64,000 bases of DNA from IMG/VR virus record IMGVR_UViG_3300036790_000396, positions 1 to 64,000 of that record; one strand, written 5' to 3'. Source of the stretch: a virus. Under the pieces are notes generated by a model. It had not been told where the DNA came from, did no database searches, and saw only the letters and a list, made by a program, of their open reading frames with translations. Below, in pieces: positions 25,902 to 36,327 of the stretch (positions are counted from its first letter, which is position 1; each line of letters opens with the position of its first letter). Position numbers and translations under genes: made by a program.

Positions 25902-28900
25902 GTGGCCTCCGTTCCTCCCGCCGTCACGCTGCCCGGCTCCATCGCGGTGGCCGCCCGGTCCCCGGTCACGGTGGACGGCATCCCGCTGGCCCTGCAGGCT
26001 GCCGTCTCGCAGTCGCCGGCCCCCCAGGCTCCCTCCGGGCAGCAGTTCTGGTCCAGCCAGCTGCGCTCCTACGGCGATCCGGCCAACGACATGATGGTCA
26101 TCCAGCTTGCCTCCCCCCGCCTGATCAATTACGTCAGCCTCTCCCTGCCGCATTTCCCCGCGCAGTACTCCATCGCGTGGCAGGGCGCGAACGGGAAATG
26201 GAACTGGGTCAACGGGCCGAACGGGGTCGTGCTGCAGTTCATCATCACCGGGTCACTGCCGGCGCTCGTCGACTCGGCTGCAGCGCTCACCTCCGGGCTG
26301 AACCCCTACCATTACGGGGCCAACCACTGGATTCGCTACGACGAGAACATCAAGCCCGTCACCGCGTCCGCCCTCCTCGTCGCCGGAACGCGGGCTGTCG
26401 GCCTCGTCACGACGCAGAATCCGGGAAACCTCCCGTCCAATACGGCCGGGAAGGCGGTCCCCTACCCCCTCGGCGTGCAGGGCTTCGATTTCGGCTATCG
26501 GGTCCTGGCCGCCTCCGATGTGCCCTACACGGTGCGCGCGGCCGGGGTCACCACTGAACGCGAATCGTTCGCAGTAGCGGATGACATCAACGGCAACCCC
26601 GTGCAGCTCACGATGCGAGAGAACCGCGCCAGCGACCTGCTGAACGGCCTCCCGTGGAAGTGCGCTCCGCAGCCGTCGTCCGCGGCAGTGGTCAACCTGT
26701 ACGTCGACAGCCGGGACCCTAACGGGAACGCGCAGGTCATCGACCGGTTCTACGTCGCGCCCACCACGAGCGGCGTCACGCTCAACCTCTACACCGCGCC
26801 GTCGGCCCCGCCTGCCGGAGCAGGATTCCAGGCCGTGGACACGCCGCTCGGGTTTCCGGCCGTCAGCACCGCCGGAGCCGTTCCGCCCGTCATCAGCGGG
26901 GGCGGCCTGCTGTTCGCGGGCCAGCCCGGCTGGTGCGATGTCGCGGACGCCAACACCAGCATCGACTTCACGCAGCCATGGTGGACCGGCCTGGAGATCC
27001 AGCCCCAGTTCGGCTCGTCCGACGGCGGCAGCTACTTCATCGCCGACTTCGGCGTGGTGCAGCTGTGGTACTCGGGAGGCACCTGGTATGCCTCCCGGGC
27101 CGGGGGCGCCACGTTCGCGGAGTGGGACGCCGCCCACGCTGCGGGGGACCGGATCCAGTTCGTGCTCGGGTGGGACGGCACTTCCCTTACCGCCTGGAAC
27201 GCCCAGGACGGCGCGATGTGGTCCGTGCCGGTTTCCTCGTCGTCACCGGCCCCGCCGCCGATGACCCCGGTCGGCCTGGGCACCCCGCTGAATCCCAACC
27301 CGTTCTTCCTCGCAGGCACGGAGGAGTGGGAGGGATATGACGGCGCGATCACGATCACGCCCTCGCCGTCCCAGCCGTCTCCGGTCTCGCAGGCGCTCGT
27401 CCTCACTCCTGACGGCACTGACTCGACCGTGGCGATCGAGTCGTCCGGTACTGTCATCAGCGCCGTCCCCGGATCCGTCTACGGGTGGGCCGGGTGGGTG
27501 TACCCCCAGGCGAGCGGTGCCTGCGACCTGGGATTCGACTGGCTGGACAGCGGCGCGTACGTCTCCACGTCGACGGACCTGGTCGACCTTCCCGTCAGCA
27601 CCTGGTCCTTCGTCACCTTCACGTTCACCGCGCCGTCCTCGGGCATCAACCAGCTCGTGATCCGCGCCGGCCGCGACGGTGCCGGGTCTGCGGTTCCCTC
27701 CTCGGATGTCCTCCTGGCCGGTGCGCTGCTCGCCTATGCCGACCCGCCGTCGGGGTTCGTGCAGGCTCCCGTCTCCTATGACGGCGCTCCGCCTTCCGTC
27801 ATGCGCTTCGGCGCCCCGCAGGGAGCCGAGGTGCTGCCGACGCTGTGGCCCGGCAACTACCGGCTCACCAGCTGGATCCTCAAGCAGGAGGCTCCGGCTG
27901 CGGGCACCTCCGGCCTCCCGGCCCAGTACGCCGCCTACGCTGACGGGCCGCCGCAGCAGTACACCGCGCCGCCTGCCGGGCCGGGACCCACTACCGTCAA
28001 TGCCGTAGGCCGGTTCGACGCGTCATTCGCCAACACGGTCCTGTCTCCCCAGGGCTTCGTGGGCGGCCTCGGCGACAGCTGGTCGCTGGCTACGTGGACG
28101 CCCCTCACCTCGGATTTCAAGCTCGCGTCAGGCTACCTGCAGTTCCGCCCGGTCGCTGCGGCAGCATTCCGGTTCGAGTTCACCAACCTGCTCGCGCAGC
28201 CCTACAGCTACTACGCCGGGACTCCCCAGGCCGCGCAGTACTTCCCGCCGTCAGCGGTCACGCCGCCGGTGCTGGCGCTCCCGTCGGCGACCGTTTCCGC
28301 GTCCAGCGCCCGGCTGTCCGGCGCGAACTACTCCCCGGGGCAGCCCCAGCCGCCAGCGAACATGGACCCTGGCCTCGCCGTCGGCCAGTCCGTGTCGGCG
28401 CCGTCCTACGCGACGACAGCATCTCCCCAGCAGCCCTACGCCCAGGGTGCCGCGCTGCCGACTGAGACCATCTACGCGACCGACCCGCAGGGCGCCGAGC
28501 AGATGACCGCCACGGGCGGATCGCTCCTGAACTTCCAGCCGTGGCAGGCCCCGGCGCAGTCCTCTGCCAAGCAGGCAGCCGCCGGGACGACCGCCTACCA
28601 GGAGATCTCCGTCACGCAGCAGTCGTCGGTTGCGTACTTCGCGGGACTGTCGCAGCTGGCGATGTTCAAGGCCGACTACACGACGGCCACCGACACTCCC
28701 GAGTACATCGAGACATTCGGCGACATCTCCGGTATTGACCCGGCAACTCTCGCGCAGCCGCCGGACGGCGGCACGACCGTGCCGTGGGAGTGGGGGCCGG
28801 GACTGCTGACCACTCCCGCGCAGATCCCCCCGGGCGGCTACGCGCAGGTTTCCAGCCCTGTCTACAACAGCGCGCACCAGGTGACCGGCGTGCAGTTCGC

Positions 28901-30059
28901 CGCAGTTACCTCCGGGGCCGTCCAGCTGATGCCCGATCCGTCGTTCACCCGCGGCCTCGCGGACGTGTCCCCGGCCGGGGATGCCCTCCCCCTGACGTAC
29001 GCTGCCTCCTCCTCCCTCCCGCTGGGGTCCCTGGTCACGGTAACGCGGCTGCCCGGGCAGCAGTCATGGGCGGCGGTCATGTCCTCCTACCCGCTGTGGT
29101 CGGCGCTGCTCAGCCCGGCTCTTACCTGGAGCCAGCTGCAGGGGACTCCGGAGGCGAGCCCCTACGGCGGCGTGGCCTATTCCGGCACGCCCGTTCCGAC
29201 GGCGGCTCCGGGCCAGGTGACAATCGCGGCACGGGTATTCTCCTCGGTCGCCCTGACGTTCCCGCTCGTCCTGCAGCTCCTGGACGGGGCAACCGGGAGC
29301 GTGCTCGCCGAGGAGCCCGCCACCGTCTCGGGCGGTACCGTCACCGAGTGGTACGCCCAGTGCACCGTCGGCGAGAGCACCCAGGGAACTGCCACGTGGG
29401 CTCAGGTCGAGGCTGCTTATCCAGCCTGGTCCGCAGTTAACGGCGCCTCATGGTCGGCTGTGGACGACACTGTCCTGGCCCTGGGCGCCACCCTGTCCTG
29501 GCAGATCATCCAGCAGGGCCTGTCGGACGACACCTGGGGCATCGACAACGTCAGCATCTTCGACAGCGCCATCACCTGGGAGTTCTCCGGGGACGGCGGC
29601 CAGTCCTGGTATGCGGCCCTCAACGTGAACGCCAACCCGAACGGCGCCCTGGCACTGCCCCCGCCGGTATCAGGGTCCGGCGCCCAGCTGATGTGGCGCG
29701 TTACCGGCTACCGCCCGGGCCTGACGGTCGCGTCGCTGGCGATCCGCCCGTGGTACAGCATCTACCCCCGGGGCGTGCCGCCGCGGGTCCAGGGGGTCCC
29801 GCACGGCCCGAACGTCTCCGCCCAGGACTATTACGGCCCGATCGCCTCCGACCCCTACTGGCAGCAGTGGTCCGGGCCCGTGCCGCAGGCGTGGTACTGG
29901 GCGTACCAGCAGCAGCTCCTGTCCCAGACCGCCTACCAGCCCGTTACCCCGCCGCCGCCTCCCCTGCCGCAGGCGCAGGTCTATCTCGGGCGCGCGCTCA
30001 TCACCGGCGTCCCGGTGTCCGATGTCCTCCCCGGCCGCGCCCTGGCCCCGCCCGCTTAG
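25902..30059 (+). CDS. Large minor tail / baseplate protein with carbohydrate-binding-like domains
   Basis: 1385 aa, beta-rich; LNPNPFF..GTEEW CBM-like segment. Confidence 0.75.
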   Translation: MASVPPAVTLPGSIAVAARSPVTVDGIPLALQAAVSQSPAPQAPSGQQFWSSQLRSYGDPANDMMVIQLASPRLINYVSLSLPHFPAQYSIAWQGANGKWNWVNGPNGVVLQFIITGSLPALVDSAAALTSGLNPYHYGANHWIRYDENIKPVTASALLVAGTRAVGLVTTQNPGNLPSNTAGKAVPYPLGVQGFDFGYRVLAASDVPYTVRAAGVTTERESFAVADDINGNPVQLTMRENRASDLLNGLPWKCAPQPSSAAVVNLYVDSRDPNGNAQVIDRFYVAPTTSGVTLNLYTAPSAPPAGAGFQAVDTPLGFPAVSTAGAVPPVISGGGLLFAGQPGWCDVADANTSIDFTQPWWTGLEIQPQFGSSDGGSYFIADFGVVQLWYSGGTWYASRAGGATFAEWDAAHAAGDRIQFVLGWDGTSLTAWNAQDGAMWSVPVSSSSPAPPPMTPVGLGTPLNPNPFFLAGTEEWEGYDGAITITPSPSQPSPVSQALVLTPDGTDSTVAIESSGTVISAVPGSVYGWAGWVYPQASGACDLGFDWLDSGAYVSTSTDLVDLPVSTWSFVTFTFTAPSSGINQLVIRAGRDGAGSAVPSSDVLLAGALLAYADPPSGFVQAPVSYDGAPPSVMRFGAPQGAEVLPTLWPGNYRLTSWILKQEAPAAGTSGLPAQYAAYADGPPQQYTAPPAGPGPTTVNAVGRFDASFANTVLSPQGFVGGLGDSWSLATWTPLTSDFKLASGYLQFRPVAAAAFRFEFTNLLAQPYSYYAGTPQAAQYFPPSAVTPPVLALPSATVSASSARLSGANYSPGQPQPPANMDPGLAVGQSVSAPSYATTASPQQPYAQGAALPTETIYATDPQGAEQMTATGGSLLNFQPWQAPAQSSAKQAAAGTTAYQEISVTQQSSVAYFAGLSQLAMFKADYTTATDTPEYIETFGDISGIDPATLAQPPDGGTTVPWEWGPGLLTTPAQIPPGGYAQVSSPVYNSAHQVTGVQFAAVTSGAVQLMPDPSFTRGLADVSPAGDALPLTYAASSSLPLGSLVTVTRLPGQQSWAAVMSSYPLWSALLSPALTWSQLQGTPEASPYGGVAYSGTPVPTAAPGQVTIAARVFSSVALTFPLVLQLLDGATGSVLAEEPATVSGGTVTEWYAQCTVGESTQGTATWAQVEAAYPAWSAVNGASWSAVDDTVLALGATLSWQIIQQGLSDDTWGIDNVSIFDSAITWEFSGDGGQSWYAALNVNANPNGALALPPPVSGSGAQLMWRVTGYRPGLTVASLAIRPWYSIYPRGVPPRVQGVPHGPNVSAQDYYGPIASDPYWQQWSGPVPQAWYWAYQQQLLSQTAYQPVTPPPPPLPQAQVYLGRALITGVPVSDVLPGRALAPPA

Positions 30060-30067
30060 GAGACCCC

Positions 30068-30820
30068 GTGCTCGCTCATTACTCCGCCCCCGCCCAGTCC
30101 TCGGCCGGCGCGCTGCAGCCGGGGACGCAGGTCGCCGTCTACCAGGAGGGCACCACGGACGGCGGCACGCAGGCCGGTACCCTCATCGGCGGCACCGTGT
30201 ACGCGGATGCCGCCGGCGCGACCCCGCTCGGGAACCCTTTCACGACCGGGAACGGCGAGATCAGCTTCTACCTCGACGCCCCGCTGCGCGTCGACCTGGG
30301 CATGACGCTGCCGGGCGCGTCAGAGGCGCGCTTCCCCGACATCGACGTGCTGATCCCGGCGCAGCCGGTCGACGCGGACGCCGGGGACATCCAGCCCCTC
30401 GGGTCCGCTGCGGCTGCGGGCTCCGTCGGACTTCCCGCGGATGCCGGGCACGTCCACCCGCTGGCGGGGATCACGTCCCTGGTGGCTTCCACCGGCACCG
30501 GCGGGTACTCGCTGGCCAACGGGACCGGCACCATCCTGGCCTGGACCGCCCCGTCTGACGGCGCCCTGCATTACGTGACGGTCGCGGCAGGGCTCGATGT
30601 CAGCGCGAGCGAGACGGGAGGAGCCGTCACGGTCTCCTACCCGCTGCCCGGGGGAGCGACAGCCGGCGCCCAGCCGCTGCTCGCGGGGGGCGCCTCTGCA
30701 GGGGCGCTTACCGCCGCCAGTGCCGGGATCGTCGCTTCCGGCGGCACCGTTACCGTTTCCCAGTCGTCGGCGCTGACTGCGGGAGCCGCGACCCTGTGGG
30801 CCCAGGTCTGGGGCTACTGA
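30068..30820 (+). CDS. Tail adhesin/fibre protein A
   Basis: GTG after AGGAG; shares ~125-aa N-terminus with the next gene. Confidence 0.75.
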   Translation: MLAHYSAPAQSSAGALQPGTQVAVYQEGTTDGGTQAGTLIGGTVYADAAGATPLGNPFTTGNGEISFYLDAPLRVDLGMTLPGASEARFPDIDVLIPAQPVDADAGDIQPLGSAAAAGSVGLPADAGHVHPLAGITSLVASTGTGGYSLANGTGTILAWTAPSDGALHYVTVAAGLDVSASETGGAVTVSYPLPGGATAGAQPLLAGGASAGALTAASAGIVASGGTVTVSQSSALTAGAATLWAQVWGY

Positions 30821-30834
30821 ACCGAGGAGATTCC

Positions 30835-32355
30835 ATGCGATCCCATTACCTTGCCCCGGCCCAGTCCCCGTCGGGAGCCATCCAGTCCGGGGCCGTCGTT
30901 TCGGTCTACCAGGAGGGCACCACGGACAACGGCGCCCAGGCGGGCACCCTCATCGCGGGCACCGTCTATGCCGACGCGACGTCGTCGAGCCAGCTCGGCA
31001 ACCCGTTCACTGCCTCGTCGGGCGAGATCAGCTTCTACCTCGACGCCCCGCTGCGCGTCGACCTGGGGATCAGCATCTCCGGGGCCGGGGCCGTTTACTA
31101 CCCTGACGTTGACGTGCTGACGCCCTCCGCCGCCGCCATCGACGCGGACGCCGGGGACATCCAGGCCCTCGGGTCCGCCGCCGTGGCGGGCGCCGTCGGC
31201 CTGGCCGCCGACGCGGGGCACGTTCACCCCTGGGACGGCCTTGGCCTCGCCGTCAACTCCCCGGCGTGGCTCAACGTCAGGGCCGCCCCCTACGGTGCCG
31301 CGGGCGACGGGGCCACCGATGACACGGCGGCCCTCCAGGGGGCCCTCACCGCCGCCGGGGCCGCTTCCCCTCCGGCGTCCGTCTACCTGCCGCCCGGGGT
31401 GTACGGCACGTCGGCCCCGCTCGTCGTCCCCTCCGGCGTTACCCTGCGGGGGGACAAGGGGAACGTCTACGACAGTGCTCACTACGGTGCCGTGATCTAC
31501 CCGCTGAGCACCTGGGGACAGGGGAGCGCCGCCCAGGAGGCGGTCATCATCCTCGGCGCGGGCACCGCGGCGGCCAGCGAGTGCGCGGTCCGCAGCCTCA
31601 GCATCGACACCACCGGCACGTCCGTCACCTGCGACGGCATCGACGGCAACGGCTCTGCTGACAACGTCCTCCTCGACGACGTCTACATCTACTACGCCAA
31701 TTCCGGCGTCAACCCGAAGGGCGGCAACACCTGGTACGGCAGCCGGGTGCACTGCTACCAGTGCTACATCGGGTTCGACGGCTGGGGCACCGACAGCAGC
31801 TGGACCGACTGCCTGGCGGAGGGATGCTCGGGTCCCGGGTGGACGACGACGAACGCGATCAACACCACCCTGACGGCATGCCGGTCAGAGTGGAGCGCCG
31901 GCAACGGCTTCACCGTCGCGGGCACCTCGGCAGCGACCGGCGGCGTCTCCCTCGTCGGCTGCTCCACCGACCGCAACGGCAGCAACGGCATCGAGGTCAG
32001 CTCCACCGGGACGTTCCCGGTGCTGATCAGCGGCTACCAGTCCCGCCGCGACGGGGCGTCGTCGTCCAGCGGCAACTACGCGGGCCTGCAGGTGGACGCG
32101 ACGTGCACGAGCCCCGTCATCGTCGACGGCATGACCTGCTTCCCCGGCTACAACGACCAGGGCACCGGCACCGAGTCACCCGAGTACGGGATCCGGGTGG
32201 TGTCCGGCGCGACGTTCGTGCAGGTGACTAACGCCTACCTGCACGCCATCACGGCAGGGGTGAACGGGACGATCACCTGCACCCGCGCGGTCGCGTCCCG
32301 TACAGGCCACTGGAACGCCTCCGGCGCGATCACGGTCGCCACGGACGCGTCCTGA
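30835..32355 (+). CDS. Tailspike with pectate-lyase-like right-handed beta-helix (putative depolymerase)
   Basis: NVRAAPYGAAGDGATDDTAALQGAL...VYLPPGVY...VTLRG then beta-helix repeats. Confidence 0.88.
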   Translation: MRSHYLAPAQSPSGAIQSGAVVSVYQEGTTDNGAQAGTLIAGTVYADATSSSQLGNPFTASSGEISFYLDAPLRVDLGISISGAGAVYYPDVDVLTPSAAAIDADAGDIQALGSAAVAGAVGLAADAGHVHPWDGLGLAVNSPAWLNVRAAPYGAAGDGATDDTAALQGALTAAGAASPPASVYLPPGVYGTSAPLVVPSGVTLRGDKGNVYDSAHYGAVIYPLSTWGQGSAAQEAVIILGAGTAAASECAVRSLSIDTTGTSVTCDGIDGNGSADNVLLDDVYIYYANSGVNPKGGNTWYGSRVHCYQCYIGFDGWGTDSSWTDCLAEGCSGPGWTTTNAINTTLTACRSEWSAGNGFTVAGTSAATGGVSLVGCSTDRNGSNGIEVSSTGTFPVLISGYQSRRDGASSSSGNYAGLQVDATCTSPVIVDGMTCFPGYNDQGTGTESPEYGIRVVSGATFVQVTNAYLHAITAGVNGTITCTRAVASRTGHWNASGAITVATDAS

Positions 32356-32357
32356 GA

Positions 32358-32399
32358 TGCCGGGAGCCCGGAGAGGACCGTGCTCTCCGGGCTCCCGGC
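32358..32399. terminator. Bidirectional terminator
   Basis: GCCGGGAGCCCGGAGAG...CTCTCCGGGCTCCCGGC, 17-bp stem between convergent genes. Confidence 0.8.
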
Positions 32400-32406
32400 C
32401 TGCACG

Positions 32407-34422
32407 CTACCTGCTGCGGCCGAGGAACTTCGCTGCCTCGCGGATGTCCGTCGTAGACCGCGCCGGGGGCAGCGCCCGCAGGATATCCCAGCCGTAGCTC
32501 TTGATGGACAGCCGCGGGTCCAGGATCGCGACGACGCCCCGGTCGGACTCGTGGCGCAGCAGGCGCCCCATCGCCTGCAGCAGCGGCCACGTCATCATCG
32601 GGATGGACAGCTGCCGGAAGGAATTGCCGCCCCGGCTCGTGACGGCCTCCTCGCGGGCCGCGAACTGCAGGTCGGAGGGGACCGGGAAGGGGAGCTTGTC
32701 GATGACCACGAGGCGGAGCGCGTCGCCGGGGATGTTGACTCCCTCGAAGAACGTCCGCAGCCCGAAGATGACCCCGTTGCCGCTGCGGCGGAACCGCTCC
32801 ACCAGGACCTGCGGTGCCGCGTCGCCCTGCTTCATGATGTCCAGGTCCATCTGCCCGAAGGTCATCTGCAGCGCGCCGTAGGCGGCGTCCATCGCCGAGC
32901 GGGAGGTGAACAGCAGGAGCGCGCCGCCGCCGGATTCCCGCACCAGCTCGGACATGGTGGCCTGCGCCCAGCCCTGCCACTCGTTCCGCGTGGATCCCGA
33001 GGGGACGGGGACGTCCGCCCTCGGGATGAACAGGAGCGCCTGGCTCCGGTAGTCGAACGGGCTGCCCGCGTCGAACGCGGTCATCCGGTCCGCGGGAATC
33101 CCGAACGTCCGCGCCGGGTAGGAGAAGTCGGGCTTCCCGGAATGGTCCTTGCCGGCCGCCAGGGTAGCGGACATCAGGATGACCGGGAATTCCTCGGACC
33201 ACACCCTGTCGCGCAGGAACGGGGCCGGGCTGACGGGGATGCTTGCCAGCATCACCTTGGAGTCGTGCTCCTCCACCCAGCGGACGGTGACGTCGTCCGG
33301 GTCGTCGAGGTAGGCGCGCAGCCGGGTGCGCAGGGAGGAGAGGCGGCGCACGATCCGGTCCTTGCGCCGCTGGACGTCCCGGTCAGCGTCGAAGCGCAGG
33401 GACAGCAGGACGTCGGTCACGGAGCCGGCGATGGCCTCGAAGCCGGGGCGCAGCATCGCGTCGCGCATTTCCTGCGGCAGCGGGAGCTGCCGGCTGTCGG
33501 CGCGGCGGCGCTGCTGTTCCTTCTGCCAGCGGGCGAACTCGGTCCCCACCGCCTCCCACAGCTTCTGCCCGTAGTAGCCGAGCCGGACGGCGGCCTCCGC
33601 GTCGGCGCCGTGCTGCATCAGCATCGCCTGCGCGTCGCCGGACAGGCGCGCGATCGTCCCGGCCGAGACCTGGTCCGACAGGGCGGAGCTGATCGCGCTG
33701 TCCAGGTTGTGGGCCTCGTCGAGGACCAGCTGGTCGATGCGGCCGAGCAGGTTCACGGCGCCCCCGGTCTCGGCTTTCAGCTTCAGGTCCGTCGCCAGGT
33801 ACGCGAGGTTGGTGATGATGATGTCGGACTGCGCGGCCTTCTCCTTGGCCTTCTCCACCATGCACTTGCCCTCCCGGCCGAAGGGGCAGTCCTTCGCGCC
33901 GGGGCACTCGCTGGAGGAGATCGACAGCTGGTACCACTCCCGGTCCTCGACCAGCGGGAGGGACTCCCGGCTCGCCACCTCGCCGTCGCTGAGGCCGTCC
34001 ACGACCGCGAGCAGCGCCCGCTGGGCCGCCGACGGGGCTGCCAGGTCCGCGATCCGGCTGGCGCACGGGTAGTTGCTGCGCCCCTTGATCTCGGCGTACG
34101 TGAAGTCCGCTCCGAGGTGCTGCGCCAGGAAGGGGAGATCGGACTCGATGTACTGGCGCTGCAGCATCTTGGTGGCCGTGGCGATGACGGTCTTGCGCCC
34201 GCTCAGGATCGCGGGGATCAGGGCGGCGAAGCTCTTGCCGATGCCGGTCCCGGCCTCGGCGAGGAGGATGCCGCCGCCGCCGAGAGTGTCCTCGATCGCG
34301 GCGGCGAGCGCCTGCTGGCGGGGGCGCACCTGGTAGGCATCCAGCGCCCCGGCGAGCTGCCGCTCGGCATCGGCGAAGGTGAGCATTTCCAGGAGGCTGT
34401 CTGCCGGGTCTGCCGTGTTCAT
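32407..34422 (-). CDS. dinG: DinG/YoaA-family Fe-S helicase
   Basis: EAGTGIGKS, KGRSNYPC, Cys cluster, LVLDEAH, MSATL, FFEGVNIPG, IDKLPFP, QAMGRLLR. Confidence 0.93.
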   Translation of the reverse strand: MNTADPADSLLEMLTFADAERQLAGALDAYQVRPRQQALAAAIEDTLGGGGILLAEAGTGIGKSFAALIPAILSGRKTVIATATKMLQRQYIESDLPFLAQHLGADFTYAEIKGRSNYPCASRIADLAAPSAAQRALLAVVDGLSDGEVASRESLPLVEDREWYQLSISSSECPGAKDCPFGREGKCMVEKAKEKAAQSDIIITNLAYLATDLKLKAETGGAVNLLGRIDQLVLDEAHNLDSAISSALSDQVSAGTIARLSGDAQAMLMQHGADAEAAVRLGYYGQKLWEAVGTEFARWQKEQQRRRADSRQLPLPQEMRDAMLRPGFEAIAGSVTDVLLSLRFDADRDVQRRKDRIVRRLSSLRTRLRAYLDDPDDVTVRWVEEHDSKVMLASIPVSPAPFLRDRVWSEEFPVILMSATLAAGKDHSGKPDFSYPARTFGIPADRMTAFDAGSPFDYRSQALLFIPRADVPVPSGSTRNEWQGWAQATMSELVRESGGGALLLFTSRSAMDAAYGALQMTFGQMDLDIMKQGDAAPQVLVERFRRSGNGVIFGLRTFFEGVNIPGDALRLVVIDKLPFPVPSDLQFAAREEAVTSRGGNSFRQLSIPMMTWPLLQAMGRLLRHESDRGVVAILDPRLSIKSYGWDILRALPPARSTTDIREAAKFLGRSR

Positions 34423-34477
34423 CGTGCTCCCTCTCATCGGGCGATTCATTGCTCTGATAATATCAAGGATTATTGTG

Positions 34478-36037
34478 ATGATGCAAGCGGAAATACCGGA
34501 ATCACGGCCCCTGTACCATCCGCCGTGGCACGTCCCCTACCAGCTCGACCTCGCCGCCCGTGCCGAGGCCCTCAGGCGCTGCGCCCTGATCGCCGATCCC
34601 GGTACCGGGAAGACCAGTGTCGCGTTCGCCGTCGCCTGCTACTGCATCGGCACCGGCGAACGCGACATCCTGCTCGTCGTCTGCGAGAAGGCGAAGCTGC
34701 CCGACTGGAAGGAGGAAGCAGCTAAATTTACCGACCTGGGCCCCGTGCTGGCCTACGCCGGAACGGGCCGGGACGCGAAGCTCGCCGCCTCCGGTGCCCA
34801 GGTGGTGATCACCTCGTGGGAGACCGCACGGGAGAGCCTCGTCCGCAGGGTACCCGGGAAAAAGCGCACGCTGGAGAACGGCCCGCTGCTGGACTGGCTG
34901 GCCGCCCGCAGGCCCGTCGTCGTCTGGGACGAGGCGTCGGCCAAGCTGAAGAACCGCTCCAGCGCCCTCTACAAGGCTCATGCCCGCAGCGTGAAGGTAC
35001 TCGGCGCCGACCCCGGGCTGCGGCTGCTCGCGCTCACCGGGACGCCGCTGGAGCGCGACTACGAGACCGCCTACAATATGCTGCGCCTCACCGGCCCTGA
35101 CGGCTACATGCCGCTGGTGAAGGAGTTCGACGGGTTCATCCAGTACCGCGACGACTACGGGCGCCCGAAATTCCGCAGGGAACTCATGCCGGAGTTCGCC
35201 GCCCGCGCGGCCCCGAGGATCCTGCGCAAGCGCAAGACCGATCCTGACGTCCGTGACCAGTTCCCGCCCAAGACCGAGATCTTCGAGACGGTCGAGATGC
35301 ATTCCGACCAGATGCAGCTTTACCGCAAGTGCGAAGACCTCGCATGGAAGAACGGCGTGCCCCAGCAGGTTCCCGGCCTCTTCCTGGTCCTGCGGATGCT
35401 CGCCGGCCATCCCGCTGCCGTCCTGCGGGGGAAGTCTGCCCTGTCCCGGATCATGGCCGAGGAGATCGGGCCGCTGCTGCGCGGCTCCTCCTCGGCCAAG
35501 ACCGAGTTCCTGGTTTCCTACCTCACCCAGTCCCTGGACTGCGACCTCAAGTCGGTCGTGTTCACGTTCTTCGGCCAGACCGTCCTCCCGGTTCTCGCGG
35601 AGGAACTGCGCAGGAACGGGATGCCCGTGTTCGCCGTCCACGGGGGGATGAGCGCCGCTGACCAGCACGAGGAGCGGCAGCAGTTCCGGCGGGCAGACGG
35701 GGGTGCCGTGCTAGTCTCGTCCGATGCCGGGTCCCGCGGCGTGAACCTGCCCGAGGCCGCCTCCGTGACCGAGTACGAGTCCGGGCTGTCCAGCGCGGTG
35801 CGCACGCAGCGGTTCGACCGGGCCCACCGCCTGGGCCGCGGCGAGATTCCCCTCACCTGCCTCACCCTGGCCCTGGAGGGCACCTGCGAGATCCCTCTCC
35901 TGTCCAGTGCCCTCGACCGCAACGCCCAGCAGGATGTTCTCCTGGGCGATGATTCCGATGAGGCCCGCGCGGACGGCCTCGTCACCGCCGAGACAAGGAA
36001 GTGGCTGTTCAGTTGTTCGAGGAAGCGCCCGCGGTGA
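34478..36037 (+). CDS. SNF2/SF2 helicase
   Basis: ADPGTGKT, WDEAS, LTGTPLE, DAGSRGVNL, QRFDRAHRLG. Confidence 0.9.
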   Translation: MMQAEIPESRPLYHPPWHVPYQLDLAARAEALRRCALIADPGTGKTSVAFAVACYCIGTGERDILLVVCEKAKLPDWKEEAAKFTDLGPVLAYAGTGRDAKLAASGAQVVITSWETARESLVRRVPGKKRTLENGPLLDWLAARRPVVVWDEASAKLKNRSSALYKAHARSVKVLGADPGLRLLALTGTPLERDYETAYNMLRLTGPDGYMPLVKEFDGFIQYRDDYGRPKFRRELMPEFAARAAPRILRKRKTDPDVRDQFPPKTEIFETVEMHSDQMQLYRKCEDLAWKNGVPQQVPGLFLVLRMLAGHPAAVLRGKSALSRIMAEEIGPLLRGSSSAKTEFLVSYLTQSLDCDLKSVVFTFFGQTVLPVLAEELRRNGMPVFAVHGGMSAADQHEERQQFRRADGGAVLVSSDAGSRGVNLPEAASVTEYESGLSSAVRTQRFDRAHRLGRGEIPLTCLTLALEGTCEIPLLSSALDRNAQQDVLLGDDSDEARADGLVTAETRKWLFSCSRKRPR

Positions 36038-36300
36038 TCGGGTACGAGCGCCTGAAGAACCTGGTGGACATCGGCCTGGTCCGCTATGACGGAGGACAGC
36101 CGGTAATGCTTGCCAGCACCGAGGCAATCGACACCCTGAAGGCCGTCTGCGCCGTTCCCGGCCCGGAGTGCGTGCCGGCTGCCGCCGCCCTGACCGGCGT
36201 GCCTGTCATCGCCGACGCGACGCTCCCGTCCGGTGCGTGGAAGATCAAGCGCGGCGACCGCACGGTCCTGGAAGGGAATGTCCTCGGCTCGGAAGGATAG
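36034..36300 (+). CDS. Hypothetical protein
   Basis: GTGA overlap with the helicase stop. Confidence 0.6.
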   Translation: MIGYERLKNLVDIGLVRYDGGQPVMLASTEAIDTLKAVCAVPGPECVPAAAALTGVPVIADATLPSGAWKIKRGDRTVLEGNVLGSEG

Positions 36301-36327
36301 AGACCTGCAGTCCACTGAGGGAGTCCC

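Noticed and set aside
1071-32355. Diversity-generating retroelement acting on tail fibres
   Set aside because: No reverse transcriptase in the window; repeat differences are not adenine-specific and lie in N-terminal or shaft regions.
32380-34725. 781-aa + strand ORF and other long antisense ORFs (e.g. 18290..19966, 23031..24854, 41222..42679, 114..1274)
   Set aside because: Shadow frames of real high-GC genes, with no recognisable motifs.
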